A stretch of DNA of 63,873 nucleotides, filler included. It is 5 parts of 5 records of this genome, joined end to end, with 100 filler letters (N's around TTAATTAATTAA, not from the genome) between each part and the next. Parts side by side here need not be neighbours in the genome. Positions count along the whole stretch, not along the records: positions 1 to 13,771 come from DRR723986_26265; positions 13,872 to 21,697 come from DRR723986_26288; 3 more parts are not named here. One strand, given 5' to 3'. The notes under the pieces are model-generated. The model had not been told where the DNA came from. It saw only the letters and a program-made list of their open reading frames with translations, and searched no databases. Shown here piece by piece: positions 10,701 through 19,087 of this stretch (position 1 is the first letter of the stretch; each line of letters begins with the position of its first letter). Both the position numbers and the translations under genes were made by a program.

Positions 10701-11112
10701 CAGAAACAAAAGCGATTTGCGTCCCATCTGGAGAGAAAGCGGGCTGAGACTGAAAACCCATTCCTGTAACCAAAGGTTTCGCCTCACCGCCCTCGGCAGG
10801 CATGCTGTATAAATCACCCAACAATTCAAAAATAATTGTTGTACCGTCTGGAGACATATCCAGCGACACCCATGTGGCTTCGTCTGTTTCAAATTCTACA
10901 GTACGCTCTGCTTTAAGCGGCAGGCCTTTTTTCTTGTCTTTATCTGTACCGCCTTTTGCTGCGGCAGCTTTGTCGCTCACCATACTCGGGTCAGGCTCAA
11001 CCCATTTCTCCTGAAAAACTGGTGTACCAGTGGTGTCAGCCAGCGCCGGTGCCGACAATAAACTGGTTGAAAGAAGCGCTACTGCCAGCGCGTGTTTTGA
11101 TGATACAGACAT
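7705..11112 (-). CDS. secreted amidohydrolase with N-terminal TolB-like PD40 beta-propellers
   Basis: signal peptide; multiple P-(F/W)SPDG repeats; PGFVDSHGH metal motif; GSIEPGKFADLVVL C-terminus. Confidence 0.9.
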   Translation of the reverse strand: MSVSSKHALAVALLSTSLLSAPALADTTGTPVFQEKWVEPDPSMVSDKAAAAKGGTDKDKKKGLPLKAERTVEFETDEATWVSLDMSPDGTTIIFELLGDLYSMPAEGGEAKPLVTGMGFQSQPAFSPDGTQIAFVSDESGSENLYIANADGSKPKKLSSLNTAELMSPEWSADGDYVYVSLLPLGIGANEIWMYHKHGGSGIQVTNSKPNGPSTPGSQQPNAQGVSASSDGRYLYYAGKMGGFAYNMTGFSWQIKRRDLQEGTTDTIATAYGGAVRPRVSPDGTQLVYGTRYEAKTGLRVRNLETGEDRWLAYPVTRDDQESRATRDLLPAYSFTPDGSALIINSGGKIERIAMADGARTQIPFTAKVKLDVGPNLINQEKDPEGPVVVRMAQDPALSPDGTMVVFSALGELYSMALEEGATPRKIDRAGSNAFQPSWSRDGRYITYITWDAAGGHVWRMRANGRGRPERVTQSSGYYTEPHFTPDGSEIVAIRMSNHEFNQTSPAQRDLIAVDADGGAARTILPGTSFGSVHFGDAADRVYLYGGGTVFSVRLDGTDRRDHIKVTGKGFFSASKPVPARDMRLSPNGKYALARAQEQLQLVTVPPSGRKAISVNVSGASVPLKTLSDYGVDYFGFSDDSQSVFWSVGSTIYTQSLADVEWVKPEEDETEESKEDSADSENAPEDNAEVAESAESKDEAVAKEEEKKYQSYVARVEVPRDNPEGSILLKGATVLTMGPEGTLENADVLITNGKFAAVGASGSLDVPRGAEVRDMSGKFITPGFVDSHGHWRNWSRNEVVENQFWPFLANVAYGVTSGLDVQTSTTDIFVYQDLVEAGRMIGLRAWSTGPGVFSDTSIKSKEDAVKVLTRYKNHYRTKNIKAYITGNRKLRQHIIEASKEVGIMPTTEGGLDTKLDLTHMIDGFAGNEHNLPIFPLYKDIVQLAAQTGIGYTPTLLVTYGGPFGENYFFTNQNPHDDAKVNRFMPHNIVDQRTKRGQWFRDEEYAFKHVADGAIDIQRAGGKVGVGSHGQFQGLGYHWELWMLGSGKATPMEALKAATIDSAHIIGHAQEVGSIEPGKFADLVVLNSDPRVDLKNTVDIHRVMMNGRLYNDDTLDEEWPRQKPLSKLWYQDQGPK

Positions 11113-11252
11113 TGAATTCCCCCTCGTTTGTTGACCTTTTTTAAACCTTACCGGCTTGATAACCGAACTTTCCCACCCATGTTTGCAATACCGGCCTCGT
11201 AATTTTTTATACCTTCACAAACACATCACCAGAACGTAACGAACACTATAAA

Positions 11253-11284
11253 CTTGTTCAAATAAATAATATGATTTGAACAAG
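11253..11284. promoter_or_regulatory. 11-bp-arm inverted repeat, candidate operator
   Basis: CTTGTTCAAAT-N10-ATTTGAACAAG between divergent genes. Confidence 0.5.
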
Positions 11285-11485
11285 AAACTAAACCAATTGT
11301 ATAAATTATGCCCAGATCAAACCGAACCAAATAAATCATGCCGCCGCTAAATATTGAAATTATCGTCAACAACAGAAATAAACTCAATTGAACCGCCAAC
11401 TCATCCCTGCATAACAGCAACACAAACCTGAAGACAGGTCATTAATCCCATTGGCATAGGCAAGGCCTTTATATGGTTTAAAAGA

Positions 11486-12484
11486 TTGCCAAACAGGTTA
11501 ATGATAGCGATCGAAATGAGCGGAAAAATGTTATCCAACGCAAGAAACGCTGTCCTATTGATGATAGCATTCATGGCTGCATCATCGGTGCTGTACGCCG
11601 AAGACAATGGCGTGTCCGGCGAAGACTTTGCTCCTGCCGCCTCCCCAGACGGCAAACACATCGTATATTATGCATACCGAACCGCAGCAGGCCATTTACC
11701 CGACCTCTATATTGTTGATAGAGCCACCGGCATAGAGCGCCGCATAACCGAAACGCCAGACCTGTTTGAAATAGAGCCAAGCTGGTCACCAGATGGGCAG
11801 ACTATTTTGTTTGTCGCAGGCCCCACAATGAAGGAATTGGCGCTCTATTCAATAAAACCAGATGGCACTGAATACCGAAAATTTTATGATGGTGACGGCA
11901 TGGGCGCACCCAATTGGTCACCAGATGGCAAGAGTATGATTTTTTGGTATGAATATGAAAATGGCAGTTCCGATCTTCTGATCGAAAATTTTAAAAGCGA
12001 CACACAAACGCTGCTTGAAATATCCTTGGGTGGTAAAAATACCAGCCCTACTTGGTCACCCGACGGACAGAACATCGCCTTCTCCCACCGCGATATTGAT
12101 GACAGCGGCAGAGCTGGAGATACCGCACGTGATGCAGATGGTATTTATGTAATAAACATACAATCCCGCACCATCACCAAACTTAGCGACGAACCAAGCA
12201 TTGCATATGGCCTCAAGTGGTCGCCGGAAGGCAATTACATCTATTATACTGCGACCACAGAAGATGGGCTTATACATTTGTACCGCATCAAAAACAGCGG
12301 CGGGCCCGCAGAGCGCGTGACAGCCGATGCCAATGGCCCCGCCTACTTTCCTGCATTCATGGACGGCGGAAAAACCCTGTTGTTCGCAGGCAGACTAAAC
12401 GAAAAAGCAACTCGTATTATGGCATTGCCGGTTAACCGGCTGAAGCAACCCGGCAAACCCGTTACACAGGTCTATGCTAATTAG
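11486..12484 (+). CDS. TolB-like PD40 repeat protein (start probably 11516 or 11528)
   Basis: signal peptide; repeated PAASPDG, PSWSPDG, PNWSPDG, PTWSPDG. Confidence 0.85.
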   Translation: MPNRLMIAIEMSGKMLSNARNAVLLMIAFMAASSVLYAEDNGVSGEDFAPAASPDGKHIVYYAYRTAAGHLPDLYIVDRATGIERRITETPDLFEIEPSWSPDGQTILFVAGPTMKELALYSIKPDGTEYRKFYDGDGMGAPNWSPDGKSMIFWYEYENGSSDLLIENFKSDTQTLLEISLGGKNTSPTWSPDGQNIAFSHRDIDDSGRAGDTARDADGIYVINIQSRTITKLSDEPSIAYGLKWSPEGNYIYYTATTEDGLIHLYRIKNSGGPAERVTADANGPAYFPAFMDGGKTLLFAGRLNEKATRIMALPVNRLKQPGKPVTQVYAN

Positions 12485-12549
12485 AATTGACCGCTAAACA
12501 TAAGAATTAGCCATCGCTACTGGCATCTGAACCACATGCCTTGCGTGGC

Positions 12550-12582
12550 TCCAGCTGGGGTTTATAACCCGCCCCAGCTGGA
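12550..12582. terminator. GC-rich hairpin between convergent genes
   Basis: TCCAGCTGGGG-N11-CCCCAGCTGGA; no clear downstream U-tract. Confidence 0.5.
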
Positions 12583-12605
12583 AAAGTTAAAGATCAGAAG
12601 GTGCG

Positions 12606-13040
12606 CTATTGCAGCACAAATGCCTTGGCGATAATTTTCCATTGACCGTTCACCTTGCCCAATGTCAGGGCATCATAGAAACGGTCGGTAGAACGAAACA
12701 ATACAACAGCAAGCCGGTCATCAACTATATTTGTGCTAATAATGGCACCGTCCCGATTGCCGCCGTTCGGGTTTTCCGTGGCTGACCAGTTACTGAGAAC
12801 CTCGTTCATGTCTTTCCACGAACGGACGGCGTCTTGCCCGTTCTCGCCCTTGGTTACACCAACCATAGTAGCGTTATCAGCATCAAAAGCCCGAAAGAGA
12901 CGCTCTCGGCTGCCTTCACCCTGACCATGAAAATAATCAAAAACTGCTACCTTTATGGCTGCCTTATCCTCGGCATTATCAGCAAAAACGGGTACTGTAA
13001 AAATACAGGCCACTACAAATGCTTTAAGAATTTTAGTCAT
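12606..13040 (-). CDS. secreted NTF2-like (putative lumazine-binding) protein
   Basis: AIKVAVFDYFHG...FYDALTLGKVNGQWKIIAKAF; signal peptide. Confidence 0.8.
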   Translation of the reverse strand: MTKILKAFVVACIFTVPVFADNAEDKAAIKVAVFDYFHGQGEGSRERLFRAFDADNATMVGVTKGENGQDAVRSWKDMNEVLSNWSATENPNGGNRDGAIISTNIVDDRLAVVLFRSTDRFYDALTLGKVNGQWKIIAKAFVLQ

Positions 13041-13330
13041 AATCTATCCCCTTGAGTTAAAACTGTCATTATATGCGCGCCCATTACCACAGTTTACATG
13101 CAGTCTAACTTTTGGGCGCTTTATTATGCTATAGTATAACGAAAGTTGCTGCAAAATAAATCTTCCGACGGCTATTCAATAATGAAGCCTCAAGGCGTTA
13201 GTAGTTTTTGCTAATCAACAACTTCGCGTTATGTTGATATGGGAATAATCGGCCATGCGGTCGCACCCATAGACGGCGCAAAAAGCGTTTGCCAATGTCC
13301 GGGTTAATAGACACACCGAAGGTATATCCA

Positions 13331-13771
13331 ATGCTGAAAATAGACGGGCTTTGTAAGTCTTATTCAACCCCGCAGGGCGATATGGACGTGCTTAAAAAAT
13401 TGTCCCTGGAAATAGACGCTGGCGAGAAAATTGCACTGGTTGGAGAGTCTGGCTGCGGTAAAAGCACGTTGCTGCATGTTATTGCAGGTCTAGAGCCAGT
13501 TCAGGCGGGGCGTATTACTATCGGGCAGGCCGATGTAACTACCCTTGATGAAGCCGGGCGGGCAGCCCTGCGTCGGGAGCAACTCAGCCTGATATTCCAG
13601 CAATTTAACCTTATCACCAGCTTAACAGTTGCCGACAACCTATCGTTTGAAGCAAAATTAGCGGGCCGGTACAACCCTGACTGGACCCGCGAATTGGCAG
13701 ACAGGCTGGATCTCAGCCATGTGCTGGACAGATATCCCGAACAGCTTTCTGGTGGTCAGCAGCAGCGTGTG
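13331..13771 (+). CDS. ABC transporter ATP-binding protein (LolD/MacB-like), 3'-truncated
   Basis: Walker A GESGCGKST, Q-loop IFQQFNL, signature LSGGQQQRV; cut by the linker. Confidence 0.9.
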
Positions 13772-13871
13772 NNNNNNNNNNNNNNNNNNNNNNNNNNNNN
13801 NNNNNNNNNNNNNNNTTAATTAATTAANNNNNNNNNNNNNNNNNNNNNNNNNNNNNNNNNNNNNNNNNNNN
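13772..13871. other. artificial contig linker
   Basis: N44-TTAATTAATTAA-N44, stops in all six frames. Confidence 0.99.
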
Positions 13872-13960
13872 AAGTAGGCCTCAGCTTTCTTCGTAAGCCC
13901 ATATTTTAAGATGTAGTCGGCCAAGACTATCTCTAACGCCTGAGTTTTGTCGCTGCCCAT
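13872..13960 (-). CDS. small hypothetical protein, 3'-truncated (MGSDKTQALEIVLADYILKYGLTKKAEAY...)
   Basis: not in the ORF track; ATG at 13960 with GGAGAGG RBS; open to the contig end; resembles a small Roseobacter protein family from memory. Confidence 0.6.
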
Positions 13961-14006
13961 CTTGCCTCTCCATCCGTTGATCTAGAGCGATATTGGCATC
14001 TTGACG

Positions 14007-14023
14007 GTTAATAAAGCATTAAC
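14007..14023. promoter_or_regulatory. CtrA-binding box
   Basis: GTTAA-TAAAGCA-TTAAC, a perfect TTAA-N7-TTAAC, between divergent small genes. Confidence 0.65.
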
Positions 14024-14085
14024 GGGTTGGATGATTTGCAGATCAGACGTTCCACTTAAGGGAGAATCGGGCAATCTTAGACTGA

Positions 14086-14364
14086 ATGCGGATTCTGGAA
14101 CAACTGTGGACTAGACGGAGATTCAGTTTGAAATACTTCTTGGTGGCAACCCTTGTAGCCCTACTTGCGGTTCCGTCTTTCGCGGATGGTACGAAGAGGC
14201 CACCGGCATCCTCTTTCTGGAATCTTGTCGAAGAGTTGCAGCCAGAAAAGATTGTTAACGCCGCCTGTTGCAAAACTTGCCGAAAGGGCAAGGCTTGCGG
14301 CGATAGCTGCATTTCGAAGAGCAAGAATTGCCACAAGGGCGTAGGTTGCGCCTGCGATGGTTGA
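14086..14364 (+). CDS. secreted cysteine-rich microprotein (start possibly TTG at 14128)
   Basis: signal peptide KYFLVATLVALLAVPSFA; C-terminal CCKTCRKGKACGDSCISKSKNCHKGVGCAC (8 Cys). Confidence 0.75.
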   Translation: MRILEQLWTRRRFSLKYFLVATLVALLAVPSFADGTKRPPASSFWNLVEELQPEKIVNAACCKTCRKGKACGDSCISKSKNCHKGVGCACDG

Positions 14365-14687
14365 GATTAATTATTCTGAGGGGTGATCCGGTCAGGATAC
14401 CCTCCGGGGCAAAACGAGTTTATTGTGCGCGTCAAGGTCCAGAAATTTGAGTGCTAAGGCTGCGGTGACCACCAAGAAACGATGGTGAAATCGGATCAGT
14501 TTCTGGCGCGTTGAACTTCTGGCACAACCGTTTACCTTAGGATTCGCCTCGGCAAGTAATTGCCCTGCCGCAGCCTGTTTGCACCATGTTTGGCATTCCC
14601 TGCAGTAACTTGCTGGGGCAGCAACTCCCAGCTGTGGAAGTCTAGCTTTGGGAAAAAAATGTCCGTCTTTTCCCATTTCTCATCCAC

Positions 14688-15023
14688 ATGAATTCCTCCA
14701 ATTTCCATTCAAACAAGCGATTGGGGGGGAAAACTATGCCGACCGAATTTCTATCCTCTGAGATGCAGTTGGATGTTCTTACTGATCTCGCTGATATCTA
14801 CCCAAACATGACACGTCAGAGCGAGATGGAGGCCGACTTTACTGGACAGCTGGAACGATTTGACTTCAACCTATTTTACATGAGGGACAAGAAATGGGTG
14901 ATCTGGTGGTCTGACCCTGCCGACAAGGTACGGGACCGGAAAATTCGGATCACCGCTCAAGGTATTGACCATCTGATAGCCAATATCAGCTGTTGGCCTT
15001 GGCACATGGTCCCGAGCGGTTAG
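14688..15023 (+). CDS. hypothetical winged-helix-like protein (start probably 14736)
   Basis: C-terminal IRITAQGIDHL wing motif; G-rich RBS before MPTEF. Confidence 0.5.
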   Translation: MNSSNFHSNKRLGGKTMPTEFLSSEMQLDVLTDLADIYPNMTRQSEMEADFTGQLERFDFNLFYMRDKKWVIWWSDPADKVRDRKIRITAQGIDHLIANISCWPWHMVPSG

Positions 15024-15123
15024 CTCAGCCGCGTGTGGCTGAGCCGTTTCTTCGCTCGTTTGACACATTGCCACAGGGGTGTTAAATTCACTGTACTTTC
15101 TTCATGAGAATCTATCCCAGTTC

Positions 15124-15151
15124 AGCCCCGTCGTCCCCCGGCGGGGCTTTT
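15124..15151 (+). terminator. rho-independent terminator
   Basis: AGCCCCGTCG-TCCCC-CGGCGGGGCT followed by TTT. Confidence 0.75.
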
Positions 15152-15317
15152 CGTCGCAACTCCCGACTGTTAGCACTAGTGGCAACGTAGCGGTTTGGTG
15201 GGTCTACATATTGATATTGGCAGGAATTTACCCTGAATGCTAACAGCCTCAAGATTTTCAAGCAGTTCACCCGCCAGCTAGTTGCTTTCCTTTAAAAGCT
15301 AAACGACAGTCGCAGGA

Positions 15318-16304
15318 GTGAAGTTCGATACCACAACTCTTCAATTGGGGCAGTTTCCAATGATTTTTTTCCGGTTCTTGGCCGCTCTCATAATTTCTGT
15401 TCAACTTGCACATGCTCAAGGAAGTGAACCACAAGTTGTTGGTCAACCTGTTCTGGGAGGTGATCCGCTGATCGATTATAGGATTACTGATTGCGATGGG
15501 ACGCGTGGCTTTGGTCTCCTTACCCAAGGAACGCTAGGGCGGATCATTCGACTGAGTGACGTTTGCCTTCTTGAGAGCCGTGGTTCTGTAGCCGCGGGGG
15601 TCTCGATAAATGGTCTTCAACTCACCAAACAGAGCCCCAATGGCAGGGCCTTTGAAGATTTGACTTCGGGCGACGACGAATATTCGAGAAACAGAATTTC
15701 TATTTATCCAGATGGTAATGCCCCCGGCTGTACGCCAGAAACTGTAGAGAACTTTGAGTTTGTTTTACCAAACGGACCAAACTTGTCGGGAGGCCAGAAC
15801 GGCGACTTCACAATGCTTCAGGGGTATACTCTCCCAGCAACAAAACCGTTGCCTAAGCGAGAGAGTGCGGAGGTATTGATTGGCTTACGGAACCTCACTC
15901 AGGGTGAGTTGGCGGCGGAGACAATGCCTGCAGGCATTGTAAACGCTATCGGAGATATGTACGGCCAAGCGACCTTCGGGCACAACAGCGGGACGTTGCA
16001 TATAACTAAGGGCGGCGGTTACTTCTGGGGAGGGGCGGTTGGAGAGTTGAGTTTCAAATTCTCAGGTGACGGTGGATTTACAGCAAGCGGCACGTTTTCG
16101 GCAAAAAGCATCCGTATTGCAGGGCATAAACCACATGAGATGGTTACTATTTCAGGAAGTATCCCGTACATGCGAGGACACGTAGTCGGATCAGATGGTG
16201 CAGAATTGTTGGGTTACGGTTTGGCAACGGGTACCTATCTTGATGCGAGCGGGGCAACCCATGAGTTTCGAGCGAGCACTTACCTGATCTCTTGTATGAA
16301 GTAA
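15318..16304 (+). CDS. secreted hypothetical protein, possible C-terminal TbpB-like beta-barrel (start probably 15360)
   Basis: signal peptide MIFFRFLAALIISVQLAHA; Gly-rich beta strands, RGHVVGSDGAELLGYG. Confidence 0.65.
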   Translation: MKFDTTTLQLGQFPMIFFRFLAALIISVQLAHAQGSEPQVVGQPVLGGDPLIDYRITDCDGTRGFGLLTQGTLGRIIRLSDVCLLESRGSVAAGVSINGLQLTKQSPNGRAFEDLTSGDDEYSRNRISIYPDGNAPGCTPETVENFEFVLPNGPNLSGGQNGDFTMLQGYTLPATKPLPKRESAEVLIGLRNLTQGELAAETMPAGIVNAIGDMYGQATFGHNSGTLHITKGGGYFWGGAVGELSFKFSGDGGFTASGTFSAKSIRIAGHKPHEMVTISGSIPYMRGHVVGSDGAELLGYGLATGTYLDASGATHEFRASTYLISCMK

Positions 16305-16322
16305 GTTAGCGAGTTGCGGGCT

Positions 16323-16733
16323 TCAGCCTGCGCCCTCGAAGACATCTACATGAGTGATGCGGCCATTTTGCCCCATTACCCTAACAAAAACATAGTGGCC
16401 TCGCCCGCTCATTACGTCATTGAGAATGTATGCATCTACGGGTCTGCCCGCTTCGTACAATTGCGGAAGTTTCGAACGCATTTCTCGGGCCCCAAACAAC
16501 GGATCTGTTGAATCAAGATCCTGACGAATGCCAAATCGATGGAAATTTGCCCTGTCTTGGGCGAGCACCGCACCAAATGACCCTAGCTTAACACCGCCGG
16601 AACTCACTGTGTCCCGCGCATCCAGCCAAGTTAGGTATTCCGCGATGACTTCATCAGATAGAACAGGGGAAGCTAAGCAGACTGCAAGCGCAGCTGCTAT
16701 CCAACGAATTCTATTGTGCTGCGATTTTCTCAA
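16323..16733 (-). CDS. secreted hypothetical protein (Rhodobacteraceae-type QDRANFHRFG family)
   Basis: signal peptide; SSGGVKL...LAQDRANFHRFG motif. Confidence 0.7.
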   Translation of the reverse strand: MRKSQHNRIRWIAAALAVCLASPVLSDEVIAEYLTWLDARDTVSSGGVKLGSFGAVLAQDRANFHRFGIRQDLDSTDPLFGAREMRSKLPQLYEAGRPVDAYILNDVMSGRGHYVFVRVMGQNGRITHVDVFEGAG

Positions 16734-16808
16734 TTGATTGAACCTCCTGCGAAGTTGAAATCTAAGTAAGTTGTAGGGTTGTCAGATGTTATTTGGTTCA
16801 TCACCAGC

Positions 16809-18701
16809 TTACCCGGCTAGGAACGGATCATCCAATACCCCTATCAGAGGCATCAAAAACTCGCCTTCAATCGGGTCCAGAGCGTCGACGTAAAAGCCAT
16901 CAATGGCGTTGACGGTATCCGTGATGCTAGTCTGACTTCCATCATAAAGAGCCATTGCAGCGGAGGCGTTGGCTACATTTGACAAGCCTTTGTGGACCGC
17001 AAAGTAGGCACCTAAGTCGACTTTGCTATCGAGGTATGCTCGATCAGGTGAATCGCTCTGTACGCCCCGCAGAACCTCAAGGATAAACTGATCCTTGCTA
17101 AAGTTGCCTGCATCAAGCTGCCCCACCCAAAAGGTGAAGCCATCTGGATCAGGATCTCTGCCCAGAACGTTCTTATAGACTGAGAATGCAAAGTCCTCGT
17201 TGGATGTTCCGGGGGGATAGGTAGCAAGCGTTTCATCTTGAGGTCCGAAAAGAGCCGCCATCTCTTCAAGGGTGAGGCCATTGGCAAATTGGGTTCCCCA
17301 GAAGTTTAATCCCACTGCATCAGGTGCGCGATTAAAGTATGCAATATAAAGCTCGATGAAGCTTTCGAGTTGTTCGGGGTTCAGATTGGCAGGACCTCCA
17401 AAAACACTGAGATTGAAGGGGACACCAAATAGGTCGGTGTCAAAATCCAGAAACTCTAGGTCGATAAGAGTGTCAGTCCCGTTCGTGGATGTTCGATCAG
17501 TTAAGCTTGCTCCATTGGGATTAAGAGATAGTGTGTAATGGCTCTGTGCCCCAGCAAAAAACCCAGTGTCTGATCCTGCGCCACCGTCGATGGTGTCGTT
17601 TCCGGCTGCGCCTTCTAACACGTCGTCTCCACCTAGGCCCCGAATTTCATCATCGCCCCCCAAGCCATTGATCTGGTCCGGCAATTCATTAGAGCCAGTT
17701 AAGGTATCGTTTCCCGATGTCGGAGTGTTGGCTCCGCCGTCTCCCCCACCACCAGATAACCGCGACAAAAACTCATCAAGCAAAGTTTGTGCTGCGGAAC
17801 CGCTGTCTTCCATGTAGTCGTCAAGCGCGGCAGCAGCAACTGACTGCCACTGCTCCAATTCTGCGGCAGTGAGTTCTCTCACTGATCCATTGGACGAAAG
17901 CTGGTTCCATACTTCGGTGTGTATCTCATTAGCTAACTGACCTAACTCCCTAGAGAGGTTTTCTCCGGAAGTTTCTAAAATTAGGCTTCGAAGGTCTGCT
18001 GGAGCATTGTTTAACGCCAGATTATTACCAACCAAGATTTTGTAATCGGTGTAGAAAGACTGGGTTTCACCAGGATCTACGGCTGTTAGACCGAATTCAT
18101 CAATAGTGGCAGTATCCAGATAAGCAGAATGGATAAAGCCCCCGTCTATCGCGCCCGATACGATTGCTGGGATGAATTCTCCAAACGGGAGGTTCACTTG
18201 GGACATTCCTACTTCTGACAAGAAATCCCCCATGGCGCTTCCAGGGCCATAGAATTTTGCACCTTGCAATGAGGCTGGGTCAACCTGAGACAAGCGTGTC
18301 ACGTAGGTCAACGTCCCTGTAAAAGCTGCAGCAAGCGGCAGAAGGTCTAACCCGCTAATTGGCGGAAACGCTGTAGGATTGCCAAATGTGTCAAATAATT
18401 CCGCCGACTGATCTGAGCCAAGAAAGGACTGGAACGGGAAGCTGATGGCCTCAGAACCCGTAAACTGCCCCCCGCCATCATAGTATTTGGGGGATATGTA
18501 AGCGAGGTCGGCAATTCCATTGGTTACGGCTGCTAAGGTTTCAAAAGCACCAACGACTTCGCCGCTAAAAAAGACGTCAATGCTATGGCTTCCGTTTGAC
18601 AACTCATTGATATCTCCAGCCCAGTCTAACAAAACTTGAGAGAAAGGGTCGTTGCGGGAAACATCTGTAATCATTCGTAAAGTTGTCATTGAGCTATCCA
18701 A
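16809..18701 (-). CDS. fusion of TRAP DctP-type solute-binding domain, RTX Ca2+-binding repeats and DUF4214 (start possibly 18689)
   Basis: N-half INELSNGSHSIDVFFSGEV, AVTNGIADLA, LPFGEFIPAIVSGAIDG; GGXGXDXLX repeats; LYIAYFNRAPDAVGLNFW and VYKNVLGRDPDPDGFTFW. Confidence 0.8.
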   Translation of the reverse strand: MDSSMTTLRMITDVSRNDPFSQVLLDWAGDINELSNGSHSIDVFFSGEVVGAFETLAAVTNGIADLAYISPKYYDGGGQFTGSEAISFPFQSFLGSDQSAELFDTFGNPTAFPPISGLDLLPLAAAFTGTLTYVTRLSQVDPASLQGAKFYGPGSAMGDFLSEVGMSQVNLPFGEFIPAIVSGAIDGGFIHSAYLDTATIDEFGLTAVDPGETQSFYTDYKILVGNNLALNNAPADLRSLILETSGENLSRELGQLANEIHTEVWNQLSSNGSVRELTAAELEQWQSVAAAALDDYMEDSGSAAQTLLDEFLSRLSGGGGDGGANTPTSGNDTLTGSNELPDQINGLGGDDEIRGLGGDDVLEGAAGNDTIDGGAGSDTGFFAGAQSHYTLSLNPNGASLTDRTSTNGTDTLIDLEFLDFDTDLFGVPFNLSVFGGPANLNPEQLESFIELYIAYFNRAPDAVGLNFWGTQFANGLTLEEMAALFGPQDETLATYPPGTSNEDFAFSVYKNVLGRDPDPDGFTFWVGQLDAGNFSKDQFILEVLRGVQSDSPDRAYLDSKVDLGAYFAVHKGLSNVANASAAMALYDGSQTSITDTVNAIDGFYVDALDPIEGEFLMPLIGVLDDPFLAG

Positions 18702-18775
18702 CAGTTCAAAAAATGAATCAATACCTCAACTTAGTGAGAACATTGCTTGAACTTCAAGCAAAGAACCATTTCGGC

Positions 18776-19087
18776 TCAAGTGGACGTTAGCAACTCCCTG
18801 ATCGGCCCAACAAACCCTTGCTCAATTTCAAACGAAAGCACCCTGACGGTAAGCGCCCACAACCAAAGCTCCGCCTCTTTTCGCCCCGTAACCACCGGCC
18901 TTTGCGCGGTCTCTGCCAACTGGTCATGGTACGCAACGTAGGTGTCAAAGTCGTGCGGGGGAGGGATCTCGGCAAGATACTGGTGCAGCGCGGCGCAGTT
19001 CTTCTCGGACACATCCTCGGCACTGAAGAACGTCAGCACATCACGGGCATCGTCCAGAGTGAAGGTATCGGAAGACCACTCCATCAT
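18776..19087 (-). CDS. hypothetical protein, translationally coupled to the ejection-like gene
   Basis: ATGA overlap at 19084-19087. Confidence 0.6.
   Translation of the reverse strand: MMEWSSDTFTLDDARDVLTFFSAEDVSEKNCAALHQYLAEIPPPHDFDTYVAYHDQLAETAQRPVVTGRKEAELWLWALTVRVLSFEIEQGFVGPIRELLTST

Noticed and set aside
13289..13819. ORFs ending in X runs (also 58740-59105 and 58748-59011)
   Set aside because: Their stops come from the linker; the genes are contig-truncated, not pseudogenes. 58740-59105 is an off-frame shadow of pdhA.
14392..14676. 94-aa minus-strand ORF, and similar short ORFs at 11226-11423 and 21935-22150
   Set aside because: No recognisable motif or convincing RBS; the latter two overlap regulatory intergenic DNA.
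15021..15044. TAGCTCAG-containing hairpin as a tRNA fragment or att site
   Set aside because: No anticodon arm or T-arm follows; it is a simple stem-loop after a stop codon.
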